From: Firmicutes bacterium UBA5493
GTDB lineage: Bacteria > Bacillota > Limnochordia > Darwinibacteriales > Darwinibacteriaceae
DNA: 64,000 nucleotides
Direction: 5' to 3'
Assembly: GCA_002424045.1 (NCBI GenBank)
Contig: DIPH01000038.1
Coordinates: 12,686-76,685 of the forward strand
The notes below the pieces were generated by a model. That model saw only the letters and a list, made by a program, of their open reading frames with translations. It was not told where the DNA came from and did not search any database. The first letter of the stretch is position 1. The number at the start of each line of letters is the position of its first letter. A program made the position numbers and the translations under genes. Of the stretch, positions 19,573-28,287 are shown piece by piece.

Positions 19573-20022
19573 AAATTTCTCTTTATTCCTCTGGACAAAG
19601 CGGAGTAGGGGAACTCCTAGGGTTAGCACAACGACGCTTTGTCCAAGGCCGATGCTAAGGACAAGGGGCCAATAGGCCGGTACATCCAAGATATACCAGA
19701 GGTACAAGCTGACCAGAAAAGCATTCAATACAATGGGGGAGGAATAACCGATGAAGCGGCCTTTGTAGCGGTAGGTCAGGTAGGCAGCCAAAAGGGTCAC
19801 AAAGCTCCCGCCGAAGATATCCCAAGGGCCTTGTCCTCCTAGGATGTTTGATAAGAGTGCGCCAACGTAAAGGCCTCCAATGGCTTCAGGATAGACCATG
19901 GGAAGCAAAGTCAACGCTTCCGCCACTCGAAATTGAATGGGTCCAAAGCTAATGGCTTGGAAGACAAAGACCAAGATAATGTAGATTGCAGCTATGATAC
20001 CAGCCCGAGCTATACGGTTCAT
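19567..20022 (-). CDS. queT: QueT family queuosine-precursor transporter (ECF S-component-like)
   Basis: 151 aa with 5 TM helices. The N-terminus RIARAGIIAAIYIILVF....FGPIQFRVAEALTLLP is typical of QueT. Confidence 0.7.
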   Translation of the reverse strand: MNRIARAGIIAAIYIILVFVFQAISFGPIQFRVAEALTLLPMVYPEAIGGLYVGALLSNILGGQGPWDIFGGSFVTLLAAYLTYRYKGRFIGYSSPIVLNAFLVSLYLWYILDVPAYWPLVLSIGLGQSVVVLTLGVPLLRFVQRNKEKFL

Positions 20023-20070
20023 GTCCTCTCCTCCTTCAGTTAAGTTTACCTTTTTGGGAGTGTGAAATCA

Positions 20071-21138
20071 ATGGCATTGCGTATTGGAATTATTGGCCTG
20101 CCCAATGTGGGCAAATCCACCGTATTTAACGCCCTAACAAAGCTTGATGTTCCCGCCCTAAACTATCCCTTTTGCACCATCGAACCCAACCAGGGGATGG
20201 TCTTAATACCCGACGAGCGGCTGCACACCATAGCAAAAGTCAGTCAACCAAAGACCATCACCGGTGCTACCATCGAATTTGTAGATATTGCAGGCCTTGT
20301 GCGTGGCGCAAGTAAAGGCGAAGGCTTGGGCAACCAATTCTTAGGCCAAATCCGGGAGATGGATGCCTTGGCTCATGTCGTCCGTCTGTTTCGGGCCGAT
20401 GATGTGCTAAGTCAGGAAGAGGGCATTAACCCACTGCGGGACATTGAGGTTATTGACTTAGAATTGATGCTCGCAGACCTAGAGGCCATCGAACGCCGCC
20501 GTGAGCGCACCACGAGGATGCTCAAAACCGGAAAACCCCACTACCGCGAAGAATTAGACCTTTTGGATCACTATCAGGCCGCCTTGGAGGGAGGTACTCC
20601 CCTGCGCCGCGCAGATCTTCCTACCATGGCCGATTTACCCCTCCTTTCTGCCAAGCCCGTCATGTATGTGGCCAACATTAATGAAGGCGATCAGGAATTG
20701 GAGCCCGCCTTCTTGGAATGGGCCCAAGGGGAAGGTGCCGAAGTTGTGGTTATGGCGGCTGATTTTGAGATGGAGATTAGCCGCTTGGATTCCGATGACG
20801 CAGAGCTTTTCTTGGCTGAAGCTAAAATGGACAAGCCCGCCCTCCACCGTTTAGTCGCGGCAGGTGTACGCCTTCTAGACCTGATCACCTTTTATACCAT
20901 TAAGGGTGACGAAACCAGATCGTGGATTATTTCCCGGGGAATGTTAGCGCCCCAGGCCGCTGGACAAGTCCATTCCGACATGGAGAGGGGTTTCATCCGA
21001 GCAGAAGTAATTAACTGGCAAATATTGGTAAATGAAGGTTCAGTAGCAAGCTGCCGGGAGAAAGGTCTAGCGCGGATCGAGGGAAAAGACTATGTGGTCC
21101 AGGATGGCGATGTCATTTTCTTCCGTTTCAATGTTTGA
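20071..21138 (+). CDS. ychF: Ribosome-binding ATPase YchF
   Basis: IGIIGLPNVGKSTVFNALT, FVDIAGLVRGASKGEGLGNQFL, and the C-terminal EGKDYVVQDGDVIFFRFNV. The ATG at 20071 lies inside the track ORF that starts with GTG at 20062. Confidence 0.93.
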   Translation: MALRIGIIGLPNVGKSTVFNALTKLDVPALNYPFCTIEPNQGMVLIPDERLHTIAKVSQPKTITGATIEFVDIAGLVRGASKGEGLGNQFLGQIREMDALAHVVRLFRADDVLSQEEGINPLRDIEVIDLELMLADLEAIERRRERTTRMLKTGKPHYREELDLLDHYQAALEGGTPLRRADLPTMADLPLLSAKPVMYVANINEGDQELEPAFLEWAQGEGAEVVVMAADFEMEISRLDSDDAELFLAEAKMDKPALHRLVAAGVRLLDLITFYTIKGDETRSWIISRGMLAPQAAGQVHSDMERGFIRAEVINWQILVNEGSVASCREKGLARIEGKDYVVQDGDVIFFRFNV

Positions 21139-21163
21139 CTTCAAAATAGAGCGGTGATATAAT
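21135..21163 (+). promoter_or_regulatory. SigmaA promoter of rpsF-ssb-rpsR with an extended -10
   Basis: TTGACT (21135-40), a 17-nt spacer, then TGaTATAAT (-10 at 21158-63). It overlaps the ychF stop codon. Confidence 0.7.
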
Positions 21164-21175
21164 AGGTCTTGCCCT

Positions 21176-21196
21176 GCCCTAAGCTTGACTTAGGGC
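21176..21196 (+). ncRNA. Hairpin in the rpsF 5' leader (candidate S6:S18 autoregulatory element)
   Basis: 8-bp stem GCCCTAAG / CTTAGGGC with loop CTTGA, located between the promoter and the rpsF RBS. Confidence 0.4.
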
Positions 21197-21225
21197 CATA
21201 TGTCCAGAGGGGAGGTGAAGCTACG

Positions 21226-21516
21226 GTGCGTGATTATGAGCTTATGGTACTTTTTGTCCCAAGACTCGATGAAGAGGGTTTGGAGGCCCAAATCGAACGA
21301 ACCAAGAACCTGATTGAGGGTATCGGTGGTGAGGTCGAGAAGGTTGACAAATGGGGCAAACGACGGTTTGCTTATGAAATTAACGAAAATACCGAAGGCT
21401 TCTATGTGGTGATCGATTTTAAAGCAGAAAGCGGAACGACTTCTGAGGTCGAACGAATTCTCAAGATCACTGACGAAGTCATTCGTTATCTGCTCGTTCG
21501 TAAGGATCAAGAATGA
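21226..21516 (+). CDS. rpsF: 30S ribosomal protein S6
   Basis: GTG start 7 nt after GGAGGTG gives VRDYELMVLFVP..., the typical S6 N-terminus. The track start at 21169 adds 19 non-homologous residues. Confidence 0.9.
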   Translation: MRDYELMVLFVPRLDEEGLEAQIERTKNLIEGIGGEVEKVDKWGKRRFAYEINENTEGFYVVIDFKAESGTTSEVERILKITDEVIRYLLVRKDQE

Positions 21517-21534
21517 GCAAAGGAGTGACGAAAG

Positions 21535-21921
21535 GTGTTAAACAAGGTTATTCTTATTGGGCGACTCGTAGCTGATCCACAATTACGCTATACGCAATCG
21601 GGTATAGCGGTCACCAATTTTACTCTTGCAGTGGATCGACCCTTTGTGAGCCAGGGAGGCGAAAGGGAAGCAGATTTCATTGATATCGTAACATGGCGTA
21701 AATTGGCCGAAGTTTGTGCCAACCACTTGGGTAAGGGACGCCTTGTTGCAGTAGAAGGACGTTTGCAGATCCGGTCCTACGATGACCAAAATGGCATCCG
21801 AAGGAAGGCTGCAGAAATTGTAGCCGATAATGTACGCTTCTTGGATCGTGCTCACGATACTGGATCCGATGAATCAGCAGATGGACCGCCCGAACCGGAG
21901 TTTGATGATATTCCGTTCTAA
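21535..21921 (+). CDS. ssb: Single-stranded DNA-binding protein
   Basis: MLNKVILIGRLVADPQLRYT OB-fold N-terminus and the acidic C-terminal tip EFDDIPF. Confidence 0.95.
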   Translation: MLNKVILIGRLVADPQLRYTQSGIAVTNFTLAVDRPFVSQGGEREADFIDIVTWRKLAEVCANHLGKGRLVAVEGRLQIRSYDDQNGIRRKAAEIVADNVRFLDRAHDTGSDESADGPPEPEFDDIPF

Positions 21922-21945
21922 TCAGATTGGTTTGGAGGCGAGATA

Positions 21946-22176
21946 ATGGCTAGAGAAAGAGGTCGTAGAGGCAGAAGAAAAGTGTGCTCTTTTTGCGTCG
22001 ATAAAATCGAGCAGATTGACTACAAAGAAGTAGGCCGTCTACGTCGTTATGTAACAGAACGAGGCAAGATTTTGCCACGCCGCATTTCTGGTAACTGTGC
22101 AAAACATCAAAGGCAAGTTACCAATGCGATAAAGAGGGCACGTTATGTGGCATTGATGCCTTACACGATTGACTAA
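21946..22176 (+). CDS. rpsR: 30S ribosomal protein S18
   Basis: RRKVCSFC...[44 protein letters not shown]. Confidence 0.95.
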   Translation: MARERGRRGRRKVCSFCVDKIEQIDYKEVGRLRRYVTERGKILPRRISGNCAKHQRQVTNAIKRARYVALMPYTID

Positions 22177-22184
22177 GATCTCGG

Positions 22185-22208
22185 GGAGCAGCAAAGCTGC
22201 TCCTTTTT
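22185..22208 (+). terminator. Terminator after rpsR
   Basis: GGAGCAGC-AAA-GCTGCTCC followed by TTTTT. Confidence 0.75.
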
Positions 22209-22233
22209 CAAATTTAGAGTTAGAGGTGAATTG

Positions 22234-23223
22234 ATGAAAACACGTTCCTTAACCGAAGGGGCCATGCTCGGAGCGATCACAGTTCTTGTGGCTATCCTTG
22301 GTGAATACATAGGGATCCCATCCGTCATTGTGCCCATACCCCTCATGCTCTTGGTGTACCGCCAGGGCTTTCAATACGGCATTCTCGCTGCCGTGACGGC
22401 GGCGCTGATCTCCAGTTTGGTAGCTGGCCATGTTTTCTCGGGACTCACCATCATTATTTGGGGCTTTGTGGGCGTGGCTGTGGGAATGGCTCTCCGGGAG
22501 AAATTCTCCTTTCCCAAGCTGATGGTTGTGGGGATTGCATCCAATCTGGTTGTCATTGGCCTTAACTTTCTACTGTACTCTCTGATCATTGGGGGCAATA
22601 TCCTAAGTGACATGTTGGCTATGTTTAGCGAGGCTATTGATCAGGCCATTCAAATGTCTGAAAGTATGGGAGTTACAGGGCAGGTTCTGCAGCAATATCA
22701 AGCGCTACAGTCATTTGTACCCACGGCGCTTCGGGTGGGCTTGCCTTCTATGCTCTTGGTCTATGCGGTGAGCATGAGCTATATCAATCTAGCCATTGGA
22801 CGGGCGATTCTAAAGCGCCTTGGAGATACTAGCACGCCTTGGATTGTACCCTTTACCAAGTGGCGTATACCAGGTTATTTTGGTCTGCTTTTCGCCTTTG
22901 GGCTGATCGTGACTACCATGAGCCAGATCGTGGAGATCCCCCCGTGGCTTCAATTTCTGGGGCTAAATTTGTTCTTTATTTCCTTCTATTCCTACTTGGT
23001 TGCAGGCATTAGTCTGGCGTGGTACTATTTCCAGAAAAAGAATGTACCAACAATTTTTCGTGTGCTCTTGCTCATGCTGCTTTTTACAACGCAGCTTTTG
23101 CTCTTGCTCCTCATTTTTCTAACAGTGGCAGATGGAGTTTTTGATTTTCGCAGGTTAAATGCTCCCGAAGACGAACCAATTGAGGTAGAACATCAAGAAA
23201 CAGATAGAGATGAAGAAGATTAG
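22234..23223 (+). CDS. yybS: YybS family membrane protein (DUF2232)
   Basis: Polytopic membrane protein at the position between rpsR and rplI, as in B. subtilis yybS. It has an acidic C-terminal tail. The ATG at 22234 follows AGAGGTGA. Confidence 0.65.
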   Translation: MKTRSLTEGAMLGAITVLVAILGEYIGIPSVIVPIPLMLLVYRQGFQYGILAAVTAALISSLVAGHVFSGLTIIIWGFVGVAVGMALREKFSFPKLMVVGIASNLVVIGLNFLLYSLIIGGNILSDMLAMFSEAIDQAIQMSESMGVTGQVLQQYQALQSFVPTALRVGLPSMLLVYAVSMSYINLAIGRAILKRLGDTSTPWIVPFTKWRIPGYFGLLFAFGLIVTTMSQIVEIPPWLQFLGLNLFFISFYSYLVAGISLAWYYFQKKNVPTIFRVLLLMLLFTTQLLLLLLIFLTVADGVFDFRRLNAPEDEPIEVEHQETDRDEED

Positions 23224-23238
23224 AAGGGTGGGTGTCTC

Positions 23239-23685
23239 GTGAAAGTTATTCTTCAGGCAGATGTCAAAAAGATTGGCCGTAAAGGTGACGTGGTGGAAGT
23301 TGCTGAGGGTTATGGTCGTAACTACCTTTTACCTCGGGGTCTTGCCGTGGAAGCTAGTGCAGGCAATTTGCGCCAGGTGGCGGAGGTGAAAAAAGCAGAG
23401 TCCTCCAAAGTCGGTCGTGAGCTTAAGGAAGCGGAAAAAACAGGAGCCGCTCTAAAAGACAAGGTAGTGAATGTGTCCGCTAAAGTAGGGGAGGGTGGCA
23501 GACTCTTTGGCTCAATTACCACCCAGGAAATCGCGGAGCAGCTGCGGCGTCAGTTCTCGGTAGAAATTGACAAGAGGAAAATCGACGTCAAGGAGCCAAT
23601 AAAGACGCTGGGTTCACATCCTATTACTGTGAAAGTACATCCTAAGGTCCATGTGCCCGTCACGGTAGAAGTTACACCTGAGTAA
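23239..23685 (+). CDS. rplI: 50S ribosomal protein L9
   Basis: MKVILQADVKKIGRKGDVVEVAEGYGRNYLLPRGLA is the classic L9 N-terminus. Confidence 0.95.
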   Translation: MKVILQADVKKIGRKGDVVEVAEGYGRNYLLPRGLAVEASAGNLRQVAEVKKAESSKVGRELKEAEKTGAALKDKVVNVSAKVGEGGRLFGSITTQEIAEQLRRQFSVEIDKRKIDVKEPIKTLGSHPITVKVHPKVHVPVTVEVTPE

Positions 23686-23709
23686 GACACAGGGCTGGGA
23701 AATACTTGC

Positions 23710-25659
23710 TTGGAGGGTTCATCCCCATTGGATACAAAACAATTGACAACATCACAAAATTCATCTTCGGATTTGAGACCTTCATTAGAAAAACATGTTT
23801 CAGCACTTCTAACTATTTTGGCTGAGGTACACGGACGTGATCAGCTAGTTTTAAAGGCCGGCAAGCTCGGCTCTCTAGAGCTTATGCAATCCGAGAAAAT
23901 AGAAGACAGGGTTTTAGCCCTAGAGCGTCTGGTCCATGAGGATCCCACTATTGTGGATCCAAGACCGCCCGAAGAGGTCGACGAAGTCCTTGACGAATTG
24001 GAGGACTATTTAGCTGATCTTTTGGCCAGGCGCACGGTGGAGGATCAACTCGAAGCAAAAGTCAGCGCCAAGATGCAGGAAAGGCACTTGGAATACATTA
24101 GGGATCTCCGTACGCAGGTGCTGAAAGAAGAGGGCGGGCCCGATAATGCCCAGACCCTCAAGAAATTCGCGGAACTAGAGATCCTCGAGCAGCGTACTCT
24201 TTCCCGTTCGACGGTGGATTTGATGCGGCCTCAAAGTCTTAATGAGGTCGTGGGTCAAAGTGATGCTATCAAATCTTTGCTCACCAAATTGAGCTCGCCC
24301 TATCCCCAGCACATTCTGCTCTATGGGCCTCCAGGGGTAGGGAAAACCACAGTAGCCCGCTTAGCTTTGCAGGTTGCTAAGTCCAAGGCCTACACACCCT
24401 TTGCAGAGGATGCTCCCTTTGTAGAAGTGGATGGAACCACACTGCGCTGGGATCCCAGAGAAGTCACCAATCCTCTGATTGGTTCCGTCCATGACCCTAT
24501 TTATCAGGGGGCCAGGAGGGATTTAGCAGAGGGTTCAGTGCCAGAGCCTAAACTGGGACTCGTGACAGAAGCCCACGGCGGGGTTCTCTTCATTGATGAA
24601 ATCGGTGAATTGGATCCTGTTTTACAAAACAAGCTTTTGAAGGTTCTCGAAGATAAACGCGTCGTCTTTGAGTCCTCCTATTACGATCCCCATGATCCGC
24701 AGATTCCTAAGTACATTCATCAGCTCTTTACCAAGGGTGCCCCTGCGGATTTTGTTCTCATAGGAGCCACAACGAGGGATCCTTCAGAGATCAGCCCGGC
24801 CTTTCGTTCGCGCTGTGCAGAGGTTTTCTTTGATCCCCTGGCGCCGCCGGATATTGTTCAGATTGTCCATGCCGCAGCGAGGCGCCTGGAGACAAAACTA
24901 GAACCTGAAGTGGCGGATCTAGTGGCGGAGTACACCATTGAAGGACGGCGCGCCACTCGGCTCCTAGCCGATGCCTATAGTGCCGCTCTATATCGGGACG
25001 ATGGCATGCCAAGTGATGTTACGGTTACCACAGCGGATATGACCGATGTGATTCAATCCGCCCGCTTGAGCTCTTACGCGGGTGCTAAGGCTTCGGCCAG
25101 CCGTGAAGTGGGGCGCATTTTAGGTCTAGGAGTCAGCGGTTACTTAGGCTCCGTCTTAGAGATAGAAGCGGTTGCTTTCCCGAGCAAAGAGCCAGGTAAG
25201 GGTCACGTGCGCTTTAACGATACCGCAGGAAGCATGGCCAAAGACAGCGTTTTCAACGCCGCTTCCGTTTTTCGTGCCCTAACAGGTCAGCAATTGGATG
25301 ACTTTGATGTGCATGTAAATGTTGTGGGCGGCGGAAATATCGATGGTCCCTCGGCTGGTGTTGCCATTTTGGCTGCCATTATCAGCGCTGTAAAGGGGCT
25401 ACCCATTCCTCAGGATATTGCAGTCACTGGCGAGATTTCCCTACGCGGTAAAGTGAAGGCGGTGGGTGGTTTACACGCCAAAATCTATGGGGCCAAGCAA
25501 GGTGGAGTGAAGAGGGTGTTTGTTCCTAAGGACAATATGGACAACCTACCCCAGTTTACGGAAGGTGTGCAGATCGTACCCATTGACCATGTGGCAGAGT
25601 TTTTAAGTCAGATCTTTGAGGGGGAGTTTCCCTCCCAAGCTTGGTCTATAGCGAACTAA
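23710..25659 (+). CDS. lonC: Lon-family ATP-dependent protease of the spore-former LonC type
   Basis: Walker A LLYGPPGVGKTT, Walker B VLFIDEIGELD, Lon protease serine DGPSAGVAILAAIISAV and a downstream lysine (GGLHAKI). It lacks the long LonA N-domain and lies between rplI and the helicase region. Confidence 0.7.
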   Translation: MEGSSPLDTKQLTTSQNSSSDLRPSLEKHVSALLTILAEVHGRDQLVLKAGKLGSLELMQSEKIEDRVLALERLVHEDPTIVDPRPPEEVDEVLDELEDYLADLLARRTVEDQLEAKVSAKMQERHLEYIRDLRTQVLKEEGGPDNAQTLKKFAELEILEQRTLSRSTVDLMRPQSLNEVVGQSDAIKSLLTKLSSPYPQHILLYGPPGVGKTTVARLALQVAKSKAYTPFAEDAPFVEVDGTTLRWDPREVTNPLIGSVHDPIYQGARRDLAEGSVPEPKLGLVTEAHGGVLFIDEIGELDPVLQNKLLKVLEDKRVVFESSYYDPHDPQIPKYIHQLFTKGAPADFVLIGATTRDPSEISPAFRSRCAEVFFDPLAPPDIVQIVHAAARRLETKLEPEVADLVAEYTIEGRRATRLLADAYSAALYRDDGMPSDVTVTTADMTDVIQSARLSSYAGAKASASREVGRILGLGVSGYLGSVLEIEAVAFPSKEPGKGHVRFNDTAGSMAKDSVFNAASVFRALTGQQLDDFDVHVNVVGGGNIDGPSAGVAILAAIISAVKGLPIPQDIAVTGEISLRGKVKAVGGLHAKIYGAKQGGVKRVFVPKDNMDNLPQFTEGVQIVPIDHVAEFLSQIFEGEFPSQAWSIAN

Positions 25660-25666
25660 GATGGCT

Positions 25667-25696
25667 CCGGCGACGTAAGTGGTCGCCGGTTTTTTT
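25667..25696 (+). terminator. Terminator after the Lon-like gene
   Basis: CCGGCGAC-GTAAGTG-GTCGCCGG followed by TTTTTTT. Confidence 0.8.
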
Positions 25697-25767
25697 GTCT
25701 AGAAGAATTGAACAACGCCGGTGATTCATGATAGACTAAAGGCACACTAAGGAACAGGGGGGAAGAT

Positions 25768-27111
25768 ATGAGCATTCAAGACTTTCGCGACCTAGAGCGC
25801 TTAGTAGAGGCAAAAGACTTCAAAACAGTGAAAAATGAGTTGCCCCTCTTGCAGGACGCTGACATTGCTGATTTTCTAGACGATCTCAGCCGTGAGCACG
25901 TGATTTTGGTGTTTAGGTCACTTCCCAAGGATCGAGCCGCAGAAATCTTCGCCTATTTGCCCAGCGATAAACAGGAATACATAGTAGGAGCCATTACCGA
26001 TCAAGAAGTTGGCTCCATCATTGATCAGCTCTTTGTGGACGACGCGGCAGATTTTTTGGAAGAGCTACCTGCCAGTGTCGTCAAGAGGGTGCTACAGCAT
26101 GCCTCACCTGAGACTCGTAAATTGGTGAACCAATTTCTGAAATACCCTCCCGAATCCGCTGGTAGTATCATGACAGCGGAGTTTGTAGACTTAAAAAAAG
26201 ATATGTTGGTGTCGGAGGCCTTTGCCAGGATTCGCCGGACCGCCCTAGATAAGGAGACAGTTTACACCTGTTATGTTATGGACGCCAATCGGCACTTAGA
26301 AGGCGTCATTACGGTGAAAAACCTTTTCTTGGAGAATGACGATGCCGTCATCGGTGATATCATGGAGAAGAACGTCATCTTTGCCCAGACTACCGATGAC
26401 CAAGAAGCGGTGGCCCAGATTTTTGCCAGATACGATCTCTTGTCACTGCCTGTCGTTGACCACGAAAACCGACTGGTCGGAATCGTGACAGTGGACGATA
26501 TCGTAGAAGTCATTCAGCAAGAAGCCACCGAAGACTTCCAGATCATGGCCGCCATGGCCCCTTCTGAACGGCCTTATTTGAAAACCAGCGTTTTTTCGCT
26601 GGCTAAAAACCGCATAATCTGGCTGCTGATCCTATTAGTTTCTGCCATGATCACAGGTTCTATTCTGGGGAAATATGAAGCAGCCTTTGTATCTATGCCT
26701 CTTTTGGTCACCTTTATTCCCATGCTCACAGACACTGGCGGTAATGCTGGTTCCCAAAGCTCCACCTTGATCATTCGCGGTATGGCCTTGGGTGAAGTAA
26801 CCCTCGCGGATGGAGGGCGCGTGTTCTTGAAAGAATTGGGTGTCAGTGGCTTGGTAGGAGCAGCTTTAGCGACCGTGAACTATGTGCGCTTGATCTTGAT
26901 GTATCCCGGTGAGCAGCTGATTGCATTGAGCGTATCTCTCGCCCTTTTTGCCACCGTCCTTCTGGCGAAAACGGTTGGGGGCCTGCTTCCCTTGGTGGCG
27001 AAAGCCCTGAAACAGGACCCGGCCATTATGGCTGCGCCCGTTATTACCACGATTGTGGATGCCTTGTCCTTAATTATCTACTTTAAGATTGTGGATATTC
27101 TACTTCTCTGA
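25768..27111 (+). CDS. mgtE: Magnesium transporter MgtE
   Basis: MgtE_N, tandem CBS domains (LPVVDHENRLVGIVTVDDI) and the TM domain with PMLTDTGGNAGSQSST. Confidence 0.93.
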   Translation: MSIQDFRDLERLVEAKDFKTVKNELPLLQDADIADFLDDLSREHVILVFRSLPKDRAAEIFAYLPSDKQEYIVGAITDQEVGSIIDQLFVDDAADFLEELPASVVKRVLQHASPETRKLVNQFLKYPPESAGSIMTAEFVDLKKDMLVSEAFARIRRTALDKETVYTCYVMDANRHLEGVITVKNLFLENDDAVIGDIMEKNVIFAQTTDDQEAVAQIFARYDLLSLPVVDHENRLVGIVTVDDIVEVIQQEATEDFQIMAAMAPSERPYLKTSVFSLAKNRIIWLLILLVSAMITGSILGKYEAAFVSMPLLVTFIPMLTDTGGNAGSQSSTLIIRGMALGEVTLADGGRVFLKELGVSGLVGAALATVNYVRLILMYPGEQLIALSVSLALFATVLLAKTVGGLLPLVAKALKQDPAIMAAPVITTIVDALSLIIYFKIVDILLL

Positions 27112-27129
27112 CGCAGGACCCGTCAATCG

Positions 27130-28287
27130 TCACATGATTTTGGCGCCTTGAGAGGCGCTAAAAACGTAGAATTCTGCCCTTAGACCGGTCTTGGCCAAAT
27201 AGTCTTGGGCAACAATTTGCTCAAAGACGGCTAGCTGGCTGCGGGGTACGAGCGAAATGGTACAGCCGCCAAAGCCGGCCCCCGTCATGCGTGAACCGAG
27301 GACGCCGGGCACCTTAAGAGCTAGCTCAACTAAAAGATCAAGTTCAGCGCAGCTTACTTCAAAGTCGTGCTGCAGACTCTGGTGCGAAGCGGTGAGCTCT
27401 TTGCCGAAACTCTCCAAATCCCCTGCCTTCAGGGCGGAGATGCCCCTAAGCACACGGTTATTCTCGGTGACCACATGGCGTGCTCTTTGGGCCAAAACCT
27501 GTGGTAGAGCGTTGACTAGGGATAAATCCTCCATGTTTACATCCCGTAGGGAAGAAATCCCTGGAAGATCATGCTTTAAACGTTCCACCGCTTCTGTACA
27601 TTCTTGGCGACGGGTATTATAGGCAGAATCCACAAGCCCCCTGCGAACTGCGCTATTGATCACAACCACGGCGTAGCCCTGCTGTTCAAAGGGTGTTGGA
27701 ACTAACTCATACTCTAGACTTCGACAGTCCAGAAACAAGGCATGATCTTTTTGCCCCATCATCGATGCAAATTGATCCATAATACCTGAAGCCACACCTA
27801 CAAAGTTATTTTCGGCCCTCTGGGCCAGCTTCACCAATTCCACATTTTCCGCACTAAAACCGTGGAGGGCGTTAATTAAGACTGCCGCTGCCACCTCTAA
27901 GGCGGCGGAAGAAGAGAGGCCAGCCCCTTGCGGCACATTCCCCTGGATAAGGATGTCCATACCCTGGGGATCAAAGCCTGCTAGTTGAAACTCTCTGCAC
28001 ACGCCTCGGATGTAATTGGTCCACTTCTTCTCAGATGAAGGCCCGATGTCTGCTACGTCAAAACGATCCTGGGCATCATAATCCAGGGAATGGAGATTGA
28101 CGCTTGTGCTTCCATTTAAGGCACCTGCCATGGTGATTCCCGCATCAATGGCCATGGGAAAGACAAAGCCCTCGTTGTAATCGGTGTGCTCTCCTAAAAG
28201 GTTGACGCGCCCGGGGGCCCGGACGATGAGAGGCTCGCTAGAGCCTTGAAACTTCTCCCGGAACTCCTTTTTGATGCTATTCTCCAT
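27130..28287 (-). CDS. galK: Galactokinase
   Basis: GRVNLLGEHTDYNEGFV, GAGLSSSAALEVA, GSRMTGAGFGGC. The ATG at 28287 is 5 nt after GGGGTGA; the track's GTG is at 28296. Confidence 0.93.
   Translation of the reverse strand: MENSIKKEFREKFQGSSEPLIVRAPGRVNLLGEHTDYNEGFVFPMAIDAGITMAGALNGSTSVNLHSLDYDAQDRFDVADIGPSSEKKWTNYIRGVCREFQLAGFDPQGMDILIQGNVPQGAGLSSSAALEVAAAVLINALHGFSAENVELVKLAQRAENNFVGVASGIMDQFASMMGQKDHALFLDCRSLEYELVPTPFEQQGYAVVVINSAVRRGLVDSAYNTRRQECTEAVERLKHDLPGISSLRDVNMEDLSLVNALPQVLAQRARHVVTENNRVLRGISALKAGDLESFGKELTASHQSLQHDFEVSCAELDLLVELALKVPGVLGSRMTGAGFGGCTISLVPRSQLAVFEQIVAQDYLAKTGLRAEFYVFSASQGAKIM

Noticed and set aside
25697-25767. Possible M-box (Mg2+) riboswitch upstream of mgtE
   Set aside because: Only about 70 nt lie between the upstream terminator and the mgtE start. 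That is far too short for an M-box, and it contains only a plausible promoter and RBS.
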